From Dehalococcoidia bacterium (GTDB lineage Bacteria; Chloroflexota; Dehalococcoidia; SHYB01), in contig CBDCOW010000003.1 in the NCBI GenBank assembly GCA_965219875.1, positions 1,165,892 to 1,229,891 on the forward strand: a DNA stretch of 64,000 nt, read 5' to 3'. Positions 37,476-45,799 of this stretch are shown here, piece after piece; positions within the stretch are counted from its first letter, which is position 1; each line of letters opens with the position of its first letter. The position numbers were made by a program, and so were the translations under genes. The notes under the pieces are model-generated. The model was not told the origin of the DNA. It saw only the letters and a program-made list of their open reading frames with translations, and ran no database searches.

Positions 37476-37958
37476 TTAGAACAGCCTCAGCGTCTCGGGT
37501 TGCTGCTGGTCTGTCCCTCCCTCGGCGGTTGAGGCTTGAGCCGACCCCTGCTGACGCCGGTTCCGACGCCTGGCCGGGGGAGCGGGTCTCTCGTGGGCCG
37601 GATACTTGGGCTCGTCCTCCCACTTGGCCCTCGCCCTTTCGATTACCAGCAGGACCTCCTGCGTCAGCCCGGACAGGTCCCGGTCGTCGAACGACTCGAT
37701 GTGCGGGTCCGCCGGGGGCCGCTGCACCCCGATGGTGGCCCTGCCTCCCTTGATGGACACGACGACTTTCAGGTCCGCCGTTGGGCCTACCTGCTCCTCG
37801 GCGTCATCGGCACCCTGTCCGTCCTGTGCGGTCTCGGTCTTGGAGTCTTCCCCTTCGACGACCGCGGCAGCCTTGTCGTCCGCCGCATCGTCGAAGAGAC
37901 TGTCGTCGGCGCTCGGGGCATCCGAGCGGGATGTTTCTGTTCCAGTTTCGTCAGGCAT
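37476..37958 (-). CDS. Hypothetical protein (acidic N-terminus) of the ICE cargo operon
   Basis: SD GGAGA. LKVVVSIKGGRATIGVQRP..DPHIESF...ERARAKWE..PKYP. Same operon as the ThiF/JAB genes. Confidence 0.65.
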   Translation of the reverse strand: MPDETGTETSRSDAPSADDSLFDDAADDKAAAVVEGEDSKTETAQDGQGADDAEEQVGPTADLKVVVSIKGGRATIGVQRPPADPHIESFDDRDLSGLTQEVLLVIERARAKWEDEPKYPAHERPAPPARRRNRRQQGSAQASTAEGGTDQQQPETLRLF

Positions 37959-38001
37959 GGTGTCTCCTTATCTTGTTTCTTCTCTGACTGTGTTCACGTC
38001 A

Positions 38002-38397
38002 CTAGGCTGCTATCCCCGATGACTGTCTCCTGATCTCGCCGAGGGTCATCGGCTCCCAGTAGAGGTCGCGCTCCACGGCGGGGACGCTGCCGAACACGGT
38101 CTCCTCCGCCAGCTCGGTGAGATCGAAGTACCCCAGCTCGGTCTCGAACCCTTCGACGAGGCCGAAGCACAGTCCGGTCTCGGCGTCCCATTCGGTGATG
38201 TACCAGCACCAGCCGTTGTAGGGGCTGAACAGCTTGGCCGGGGCGAGGACGTCGTCGTAGTCCTCGACGTTCTCGTTGGCTCCGATCGCTGGGATCCTGT
38301 CTCCCAGCTCCTTCGTCATGAGCTTGTGCCTGCGGTACCCGCTGTGGTTGTCCTGCCAGGTCGCGGCCGTCGTGGTGTTTCCCTTTTGGTCAAGCAT
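38002..38397 (-). CDS. DUF2958-family protein
   Basis: AKLFSPYNGWCWYITEWD...FGLVEGFETELGYFDLTEL...VERDLYW. Confidence 0.75.
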   Translation of the reverse strand: MLDQKGNTTTAATWQDNHSGYRRHKLMTKELGDRIPAIGANENVEDYDDVLAPAKLFSPYNGWCWYITEWDAETGLCFGLVEGFETELGYFDLTELAEETVFGSVPAVERDLYWEPMTLGEIRRQSSGIAA

Positions 38398-38445
38398 TGA
38401 TTTCTCCTCTCTTGTCTCTTCTCTGACTGTGTGTATGAGCGTTCG

Positions 38446-39261
38446 CTAGGCCGCTATCGCCTGCTCGGAGCCGGACCGCACCACCCTCTCCACCGCCTCC
38501 GGGGTGGCGTAGGTCGGGGCGACCGTGCCCTGCTCCATATCGAGGTAGAGGCCCATGAAGGGGCAGGTGCCAGCCACCATGCGGCGGACCACCTGTAGCA
38601 CCAGAGACGCCATCATCTGGTTGATGGTGGGATCCTGGTCGGTAAGGTCGAGGGCGGCAGCGCAGTCCACGTCCGGCGGCGCGGTCGGCACGGCCGTCAA
38701 GAGGTCGGGGCGCTAGAGCGTGGGCGCGGGCAGCAGGTGGCAGGTCTCGCCGGTGAAGGCGGCCTCGTCCCACGTCACCTCGTCGGCGACGTTGCCCACC
38801 AGTACCTGTCCCCAGTTGGTGTCGTTGCCCGCGTCGATGAGCCACCGGCGCGGGTCTCCCGGCAGGCACTCCGCCATCGCCCTGCGTGCGGCGGCGTTGT
38901 CGGCGCAGCCGATGAGCAGGCCCGCGCCGTGGGTCGGGAGGCCGGGATAGCGGTGTCCGTAGGGGCTGGAGTCCTCCTCCCGAAAGGGGTAGACCGAGTA
39001 GCCGACGGGACGCCGGTAAGCCCTGGCCAGCCGGTCGGCGAGGGCCTGGCTCTTGAACTTGCCCACGTCCTCCGAGTAGAAGTTCTGCCGCAGCAGGTTG
39101 TGGGGCTCCACCCGGTCATGATCAACCAGGACGATGGTGGCCTCCCCGTCCCTGGAAGAGGCGGCAGAGGCCCTCGGCCACGAAGCCGCCGGTGCCGCCG
39201 CATCCGACCACGGTGATCCACGGGCCGTCCAGCAGGAATGCGTTTCCAGGTAGTAGGGCAT
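38446..39261 (-). pseudogene. ThiF/E1-like adenylyltransferase (PRTRC-type), disrupted
   Basis: After correcting two homopolymer indels: ITVVGCGGTGG...VDHDRVEPHNLLRQNF...KSQAL. In-frame TAG at 38713-38715 (likely CAG), after which the frame continues with DCAAAL...INQMMA. Confidence 0.85.
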
Positions 39262-39267
39262 TGGTAG

Positions 39268-39864
39268 TTACCTCTTTGTTGTCGTTTCGGGCTCTTCGCC
39301 CATCAGCCGGACGCCGGGGTCTGGGCCGCAGAACACCTGGGACCAGTCCACCGGGGCGAAGTGGCCGTAGACGCCGACCCGGAGACTCAGCTCGGGCCGG
39401 AGTTCGTCGAGGCGTCCAACGACGCCGTAGATGCGGAAGCCCTGCTCGTCCCGGTTGTCGGTGTCCGAGAAGAAGGCGCGGGAGCTTCCGTGAGAGTGGA
39501 ACTCGGCGACCACGCCGGCAGGCGGTTCGTAGGCGAGGGACGACGCGGTCCCAACCTGTGGAGGAACCACAAGCCGGTAGGCATGGCCGTCCCAGCGGAC
39601 TGCGAAGAGCCGCTCGGTGTTCGTGTCGTCCTGGAACCAGCGCAGCCCCAGCTCGAAGAGGCGTGCCGGGATGGGGCCGTGGGACAGCGCCACCTTCTCG
39701 GCGACGGGAGCGAGCCCGCGCACCGAGCCAGGGGCGACCGGTATTCGAGCCACCAGGTGTGCGCTCCGGGACTGGACGTAGACTCCTCCCGATCCCAGCA
39801 CGTAGTCGTAGCCTATTCCCTGGATGCCGGAGAGCCCGGCGGGGTGGTTGACCAGGTAGCCCAC
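39268..39864 (-). CDS. Prokaryotic JAB/MPN metalloprotease (PRTRC protein A-like)
   Basis: EFHSHG..RAFFS.TDNRDE JAB motif, RIYGVVGRL. GTG 39864 is the probable start. Confidence 0.85.
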   Translation of the reverse strand: MGYLVNHPAGLSGIQGIGYDYVLGSGGVYVQSRSAHLVARIPVAPGSVRGLAPVAEKVALSHGPIPARLFELGLRWFQDDTNTERLFAVRWDGHAYRLVVPPQVGTASSLAYEPPAGVVAEFHSHGSSRAFFSDTDNRDEQGFRIYGVVGRLDELRPELSLRVGVYGHFAPVDWSQVFCGPDPGVRLMGEEPETTTKR

Positions 39865-39880
39865 CGGCCCCGGTGCGTTG

Positions 39881-40153
39881 CTAGCGGTAGCCCCGTCTCC
39901 CCTCGGAGACCGCCATGGCGTGGGCCACCGTACACTGGGGAACCAGGTCCTCAAACGGGTATTCGGTCTTTCCATCGAGCTCCTCCCATAGCGCTTGCAG
40001 GTTGTCGGGGTGCTTATTCGAGCGGTCCCGCGAATCGCCGGTAAGCGAGAAGAAGGACTCCGGTATCAGCCCCACCTCCTCGGGGAACCGGTGGCTTCCG
40101 GGACAGACTCTCCCGTCCCTGAAGACGTTGAAGCCGGGGGCCCGGAAGAGCCG
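39881..40153 (-). pseudogene. C-terminal fragment of a prokaryotic E2 family D protein (PRTRC protein B-like)
   Basis: LFRAPGFNVFRDGRVCPG...SFF...LWEELDGK..YPFEDLV. The 5' part is missing. Confidence 0.65.
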
Positions 40154-40158
40154 TCCAC

Positions 40159-40542
40159 CCCGACGCCTTCGGCGTCCTGCGCGGAGGCCCCGTCACGTGG
40201 CCCTTCTTCCTGGAGTGGGAGCGCCGCGCCGTGCGGCCCGCGACGATGACGGAGCGGCTCGCGCCCTATCTTCGATACTACTCGTCACACCGGCCCACCG
40301 ACGACCACGGCGTCCGGACCGCCGTACTGGTCGTCTTCGACGACGACCAGGCGGCCACTCACTTCCTGCGCCTGGCGATGGAGGAGATGGACAGGGCCAG
40401 GGTCGAAGTGCCCCTGTGGGTCTCCCACAGGGGCGCCATCGACGCGCTGGGGCCGCTGGGACGGGCGTGGCGCGCCCCAGGCGACCGGGAGCCCGCACAC
40501 GTCCTCTTCAGCCCGCCCCGCACTCGATACGGGGGCCGCTGA
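40159..40542 (+). pseudogene. C-terminal fragment of a replication-relaxation (Replic_Relax) family protein
   Basis: PDAFGVLR...FFLEWERRA...RLAPYLRYY...VLVVF. It begins abruptly back-to-back with the E2 fragment. Confidence 0.6.
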
Positions 40543-40609
40543 AACGCGGTGCGGAACGGGAGTGGAGCGGCGGCTCCCGCTCCGCCCTGAAAGGAGGTTT
40601 TCAGAAGCT

Positions 40610-40891
40610 ATGGAAACGGATCGCATCGGCGAATCGAGAGGCCACCGGAGACCCCGGCGACGCACCGTCGTCCGGCTCGACCGAGAGGCGCTCTGGAAGC
40701 GGCTGGCGGTGCTGAACCGCTCCCAGAACTGGTTGGCGGGGAAGGCCGGGATCAGCCCCGGATACCTCTCCATGCTGGTCAACGAAGAGCGCGCGCCTTC
40801 GGGACGCATCCGAAGACGGATGCAGCAGGCCCTCGGAATAGAGGACTTCCACCAGCTCTTCAGATTGGAGGACGACAGTGAAAACCCCTAG
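40610..40891 (+). CDS. XRE-family HTH regulator
   Basis: SQNWLAGKAGISPGYLSMLVNEERAPS. SD AAGGAGG. Confidence 0.8.
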   Translation: METDRIGESRGHRRPRRRTVVRLDREALWKRLAVLNRSQNWLAGKAGISPGYLSMLVNEERAPSGRIRRRMQQALGIEDFHQLFRLEDDSENP

Positions 40892-41156
40892 AACTCCCAG
40901 GCACAACACCGGCGAGGAGGTCGGAATCAACATCGACGGCCGCCCCGTGCCCTACCAGAGCGGCGTCCTGCCGAAGGACTTCGCCAAGCGGCTCAAGAGG
41001 CTGAAGAAGGCCAGCGGCCTCACCTGGAACGCCTTCGCCGACGCCCTCGGCGTGGACAAGAAGAGCGTGCAAAGGTGGTCCAACGGGACCGAGCCCTGCG
41101 GCGGCGCCTACCACTCCCTCATGAGCCTCGCGCCCATGATTCCCGGAGGCGTCGAC
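40878..41156 (+). pseudogene. XRE-family HTH regulator truncated by fusion to a recombinase fragment
   Basis: FAKRLKRLKKASGLTWNAFADALGVD...RWSNG.EP. The sequence switches to recombinase DNA near 41157. Confidence 0.7.
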
Positions 41157-41872
41157 ATGCAAGGTGCACCGGGACAACCACCAACGTTCGCAACGGCAAG
41201 AAGTACCGCTACGACCTTCCCACTCCCCGCCGCTACTACATGTGCAACGGGATGCAGAGTCTCCGTCTGCGCTGCCGGGAGCGTCCCTACATCCGGGCCG
41301 AGTGGTTGGAGGAACCGATATGGACCGAGGTGAAGCGGGTAATCCAGAACCCCGATCTGATCGTCGCCGGTATCGACACTCTCGATATTCAGGGGAGCGG
41401 CAGTTTGGAGGAGGAGATCGCCCAGGCTGAGCGAGACCTGCGGAGCATCCAGATGGAAGAGGCCCGCGCCATCAGGCTGTTCGTGTCGGGGAAGATCACC
41501 GAAGCCCAACTCGACCTTCAGCGCAGGTTCATCACCGAGCGACTTGAGAGCGCCAGGGCGAAGCTGGACGATTACCGGACTCGGGAGGCGAGCGGGGCTG
41601 AGAAGCGGCAGCTGATGAAGACAATCCTCGCCTGGGCGAGGAACGTCGGCCAGGGCATTGACGAGCTGACCGATAAGGAGCGCAAGGAGATTCTCCAGAT
41701 GGTTTTGGAGCAGGTCGTCATCGACAGGGACAACAACGTGGACATCACCCTGGCTATACCCATCGACGATGAGTCCCCTAACCCTGAGCCTGAGTCGCCT
41801 GAGCCGGCGTCCCCTGAGCCTGAGTCCGTCGCAATTGCGTCTAAAGAACCTTTGAGTTTAGGTTCTCCTTAG
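41157..41872 (+). pseudogene. 3' fragment of a large serine recombinase
   Basis: RNGKKYRYDL.TPRRYYMCNGMQSLRLRCRER, near-identical to the C-terminal half of 17075-18664. It ends in ESPEP repeats. Confidence 0.88.
41845..41866. other. Candidate att site at the right island boundary
   Basis: AGAACCT-N8-AGGTTCT, at the same position relative to the recombinase stop as the left-hand motif. Confidence 0.45.
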
Positions 41873-42114
41873 CGTCCTAGGCCTCCGAGCAGACGCATGC
41901 GCCTTATGTAAGCGACTACCGACGAAGAGCGGCCGTTTCTTCTCCGATGAGGCATCTTGGACGGGGAGATCGAGGGAGTCAGTCTTCCCTAAAACACGGC
42001 ATCTTCTCCACACACGACGGGGGCCGGCGCGTATGGAGAATCAGAACTTTGAGACCATCTCTAGCAGGTGCCTCCTCGGCCACGGACCAGGTTCGGGGGC
42101 CTTCTACACTTCCG

Positions 42115-42143
42115 TTGACAAAGGTGGGTGGCAGCGTTAGACT
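42115..42143 (+). promoter_or_regulatory. Sigma70 promoter overlapped by an inverted repeat
   Basis: TTGACA-N17-TAGACT. GGTGGGTGG...CCGCCCACC dyad across the -10 box. Confidence 0.7.
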
Positions 42144-42157
42144 CCGCCCACCAAACC

Positions 42158-42682
42158 ATGCCCAGCCGGATATCAAAGGCGAGCTCTGTGTCCAATCTCT
42201 ACACGTCGATTACAGCGGAGCTCCTCAAGGGGTTTCAGACCCAGGTCACGATCCGGCGCAGCGAAGGCGGCCAGGGCGACGGCCCGTGGTCCATAATCGT
42301 CGACGAAGGCCCGGCCGTCGGCGGGACGGGCACAGGACCCTCACCGGGCCCCCTGGCGCTAGCCGGGCTTGCCGCCTGAACCGTGGCCACGTTAGCGGGC
42401 GTGACCCGTCGACGGAACATGGGAATCGAAGGCCTGCGAGTGGAGATGGAGCTTCACCGCATCTTCTCGGGCAAAGAGGAAGCCGAGGAGGCTGCCGCCA
42501 AAGGCACGGATCTCGACAAGAGGAGGCCGGTTATCAAGCGCGTCTACGTGAAACCGAGCCGAAGCCTCAGCGAGCGTGACGTGCAGGTGCTGAGGAATAC
42601 GATGAAGCATTGTCCCGTAGGTAGAATGTTCTCAGGGGGCGATATAGAGTTTCAAGAAGAGCTCATTATCGAGGGGTCTTAG
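42158..42682 (+). CDS. OsmC/Ohr-like protein with in-frame UGA at the first catalytic Cys (candidate selenoprotein)
   Basis: VDEG..VGGTGTGPSPG.LALAGLAA-TGA(42377)-TVATL...KHCPV. Both ORF-track halves are in the same frame. Confidence 0.8.
42390..42414 (+). promoter_or_regulatory. Candidate bacterial SECIS hairpin
   Basis: CGTTAGCGGG-CGTGA-CCCGTCGACG. The stem starts 11 nt after the UGA, and there is a G in the first two loop positions. Confidence 0.55.
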
Positions 42683-42694
42683 GAAGGTCTCATC

Positions 42695-43648
42695 ATGGCC
42701 GTCGATGCACATGTCCATCTTTGGGCTAACGAGAATCTGCCGGAAGGTAATCGGCTGGTCTACGCTCGTTGGGCTGCTTTCGCCCGGCTACCGTACCGTG
42801 ATCCTTACGACATCCTACCGAGAGTAGGCCCAATAGCTTGGGACCCCGAGGGTGTCGACTTGATGAAGTACATGGACACCATGGGAATCGACAGGGTCGT
42901 GAACATGGTCGTCGATTGGGGCCTTGCCTGGGGCATGGAGCCGGAATGGGACGTCTACCAGGTGAACCAGCATGCCAGCTCCCTCATGCAGAAGTATCCC
43001 GGCAGATACTTCTACTGCGCGGGGGTGGATGCCCGGCGTGAGAACGCTGCCGACGTGCTGGAAAAGGCGGTCAAAGAATGGGGCGCCGTCGGGGTCAAGC
43101 TCCTGGTGGCCAACGGCTTCTCCCCTGACGACCGCATATGCTACCCGCTTTATGAGCTCGCCCGGGACCTGGACTTCCCCGTTGTCATTCACACCGGCGA
43201 AGGCGACGTGGCCTCGTATCCCAAGGAGGCGCACCCCTTCAACATGGCGGCGCCCGCCAGAGACTTTCCTACCGTCAAGTTCGTCGCCGCCCATACCGGC
43301 GGAGGACTGGACGGGGTGTGGCAAGAATGCCGGCAGATAGGTCTGCTTCACAACATCTACTTCGACCTCTCGGAGTGGCAGTTCGGCGTGGCGCCAACTG
43401 CCAGGTCACCGCACCGGGAAGAAGAGCTGTTCCGGGTGCTGCACTCGTTCCGCGACTGGTGGGGAGCGCACCGCATTATGTGGTGCACCGACTATATGAA
43501 GGGCCACTCCCTCGAGATCGACCGGTACTGGGTGGAGTTGTTCAAGGACCTGCCGGCGAGAGGCAAGAAGTACGGATATACCTTCACTCAGGAAGAAGCC
43601 GATCTCATGTTCGGCGGGGCTGCCGACCTGCTGTACGGCCTCGAGTAA
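42695..43648 (+). CDS. Amidohydrolase_2 family protein
   Basis: VDAHVH, VIHTGE, VAAHTGG, IMWCTDY. Confidence 0.9.
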   Translation: MAVDAHVHLWANENLPEGNRLVYARWAAFARLPYRDPYDILPRVGPIAWDPEGVDLMKYMDTMGIDRVVNMVVDWGLAWGMEPEWDVYQVNQHASSLMQKYPGRYFYCAGVDARRENAADVLEKAVKEWGAVGVKLLVANGFSPDDRICYPLYELARDLDFPVVIHTGEGDVASYPKEAHPFNMAAPARDFPTVKFVAAHTGGGLDGVWQECRQIGLLHNIYFDLSEWQFGVAPTARSPHREEELFRVLHSFRDWWGAHRIMWCTDYMKGHSLEIDRYWVELFKDLPARGKKYGYTFTQEEADLMFGGAADLLYGLE

Positions 43649-43708
43649 AAGGCCACGGTTACAGCGTAGGTAACCCCCAAGGGCCTCGCTCGGAGGCCGA
43701 CGGTGTGC

Positions 43709-44494
43709 CTACTGTTTCCGATCGGGGCTGTTCTCCCGCTGTGTGAAGGCTCGGGCGGCGTCTAGATTCTCCTGCGTCCAGCTCAGCTTCTCGTGCCACA
43801 GCTCAGCCAGGTCCCTGGCTTCCGACGGATGCGTGTACTGCGACTTCTTCACCAGAGCCTTGTAGGCCTGCACCGCCTCGGCTGAAAAGGACGTGATCTT
43901 CTCGGCCACCGCCAGAGCCTCTGGCATCAGTTGCTCTGGCTCAACCAGGCGGCTGACAAAGCCCCATTGGTAGGCCTGCTGGGCGTCGATATGGTCTCCG
44001 GTCAGGGCCAGATCGGCGGCGACGGCTTGAGGGTACAGGCGCGCCATCGTCCATACCGGACCCACGAGGTTCGCCTGGATCTCCATGTCCCCGAACAGCG
44101 CCGCTGTGCTGGCGATACGGATGTCGCAGTCCATCGCGATTCCCTGGCCTCCCCCGACGCAAAACCCGTTGATGGCGGCGATGAGCGGCTTCTCGATCTC
44201 GTGGGGCCCCGGCAAGCCCCATTTCTTCCAGTCCCGCTTGCCCAAGTAACGAGTGGGTTGGCTGCCCTGCTCCCTGTGCAACGCGCGCTCCTTCATATCG
44301 GCCCCGGCGCAGAAGCCCCGTCCGGCGCCGGTAACGACGGCCACCTGCACGGCATCGTCCTCTTTCACGTCCTCCCAGCATGCGCCCAGCTCTTCATGCA
44401 ACTGATTGTTGAGGGCGTTCAGTACCTGCGGTCGATTCATAGTGATGACTGCGACACCGTCTCGCTTTTCGTAGAGCACCGTTTCAAACGCCAC
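43709..44494 (-). CDS. Enoyl-CoA hydratase/isomerase family
   Basis: ITMNRPQVLNAL, FCAGADM, AAINGFCVGGG. GTG after AGGAGG. Confidence 0.9.
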   Translation of the reverse strand: MAFETVLYEKRDGVAVITMNRPQVLNALNNQLHEELGACWEDVKEDDAVQVAVVTGAGRGFCAGADMKERALHREQGSQPTRYLGKRDWKKWGLPGPHEIEKPLIAAINGFCVGGGQGIAMDCDIRIASTAALFGDMEIQANLVGPVWTMARLYPQAVAADLALTGDHIDAQQAYQWGFVSRLVEPEQLMPEALAVAEKITSFSAEAVQAYKALVKKSQYTHPSEARDLAELWHEKLSWTQENLDAARAFTQRENSPDRKQ

Positions 44495-44599
44495 CGCTGT
44501 CCTCCTGGTTTCCAACCTCGTTCCCCGTAAGACCGGAGCATGAGGCTTCGGCATGACTCGACCTCTCGCTGATAGCTCCGTCGAACACTGCTCAGGCCT

Positions 44600-45790
44600 T
44601 CAGACCACCCCGAGCTGGCGCAGCCGGACCAGTCCCTGGGAGCTGAACCCGAGCTCGCTCTGGAAGACCTGCCCGTTCGCCTGGCCTAGGAGCGGCGCTG
44701 GCCGGCGGACCCGCCAGGGTGTCTGCTCCATGATGAATGGCCGACCCGGTATCGTGACCCGTCCCAACACCGGATGCTCGACCTCCTCCCAGACCCCCCG
44801 CTCGTTGAAGTGGGCGTCCGCCAGGACATTCGCTGGGGTGAACATCGGACCGGAGGGGATCTTATGTTTTTGCGCCGCTTCCCAAGCCTCCTGCATGGTC
44901 CGCTCCAGGAGCCAGGGAAGAAAATACTCCGTGTTGAAGACGTATGAGTTGTCCGGCTTCGACCATTCCTCGATCTGGGAGAACCTGGGGTCGGAGAGGA
45001 GGTCCTGGCAACCCATCATTTCGAGCACCATCGGAAACCGAGCGCCCCTTCCCCAAATGTTGATGTAGCCGTCTTTGCAGGGCCAGGTCCCTGTAGCTAT
45101 TCCGGTGGCGCTAGGGGAGCGTCCGAACACCGTGCCCGTGTGTTGGTAGCCCAGGATAAAGGCGAGGCGGCGATCGATAGTCCCGGCCTGGGCCTCCAGG
45201 CGGGATACCTCCACCCAATCGCCTTCCCCCGTTCCCTCCGCCGTAGAGAAGGCAGTCAGGGCGGCCGTAGCCGCCAGCAGACCAGCCTGGTACGAAGCAA
45301 CGTCATCGCCGTACTTGAGCGGCTCCCATTCAGGGACGCCGGTGGCATGCATTGGACCGCCATGGCCAACGGCCACAATATCCTCGAGCTTCCAGTCTTC
45401 GAGGAGGCCCTCGCCGTATCCGGCTATCGAGACGACAACCAGACCCGGATTTCCCTCCCGAAGCTCCTCCCCGAGGACTCTCCCTCCGGAAGATTCGACA
45501 ACGATGTCGGTCCGCCGGGCCAGCCCCTTAAGCAGCTCGCGTCCGGTGCGGGTCTTCCAATCAAGCGTGATACCGGTCTTGTTGAAATTGAGGAAGAAGA
45601 AGGTGCCGGAGGCTTCCGGGTCGGGGTTATCGTTCGGGAACGGACCCCAGCGACGGGTGACGTCGCCGCCGGGCGGCCGTTCCACCTTCAATACGTCCGC
45701 CCCGAAGTCGCCAAGAAGGCGAGCGGCGAAGGGTCCTGGGACGCCTTCGCTCAGGTCCAGGACCAGCACTCCATCTAGGGCGGTCTCCAC
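44600..45790 (-). CDS. Class III CoA-transferase homolog lacking the catalytic Asp
   Basis: GPFAARLLGDFGADV, NFNKTG, RRPAPLLGQ. ASYQAG occupies the position of D(x)3G. Confidence 0.88.
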   Translation of the reverse strand: METALDGVLVLDLSEGVPGPFAARLLGDFGADVLKVERPPGGDVTRRWGPFPNDNPDPEASGTFFFLNFNKTGITLDWKTRTGRELLKGLARRTDIVVESSGGRVLGEELREGNPGLVVVSIAGYGEGLLEDWKLEDIVAVGHGGPMHATGVPEWEPLKYGDDVASYQAGLLAATAALTAFSTAEGTGEGDWVEVSRLEAQAGTIDRRLAFILGYQHTGTVFGRSPSATGIATGTWPCKDGYINIWGRGARFPMVLEMMGCQDLLSDPRFSQIEEWSKPDNSYVFNTEYFLPWLLERTMQEAWEAAQKHKIPSGPMFTPANVLADAHFNERGVWEEVEHPVLGRVTIPGRPFIMEQTPWRVRRPAPLLGQANGQVFQSELGFSSQGLVRLRQLGVV

Positions 45791-45799
45791 GTGCTCTCT

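Larger units (their letters stand above)
16214..41872. mobile_element. Decaying composite integrative island (serine-recombinase ICE/IME-like) carrying a defence cassette
   Basis: Recombinase fragments at both extremities, an intact recombinase, XRE regulators, relaxase-like and PRTRC-like relics, IS110 and defence genes. It interrupts a run of catabolic genes. Exact ends are uncertain. Confidence 0.75.

Noticed and set aside
38713-38715. In-frame TAG in ThiF as pyrrolysine read-through
   Set aside because: The same gene has two frameshifts and the codon aligns with an unremarkable Gln position. Simple nonsense decay is more likely.
16214-41872. Explaining all island frameshifts as long-read homopolymer errors
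   Set aside because: No such breaks occur in ~38 kb of flanking genes or in the 11-kb defence operon, and nonsense codons and large deletions co-occur. Read-level checking is still needed to exclude it fully.
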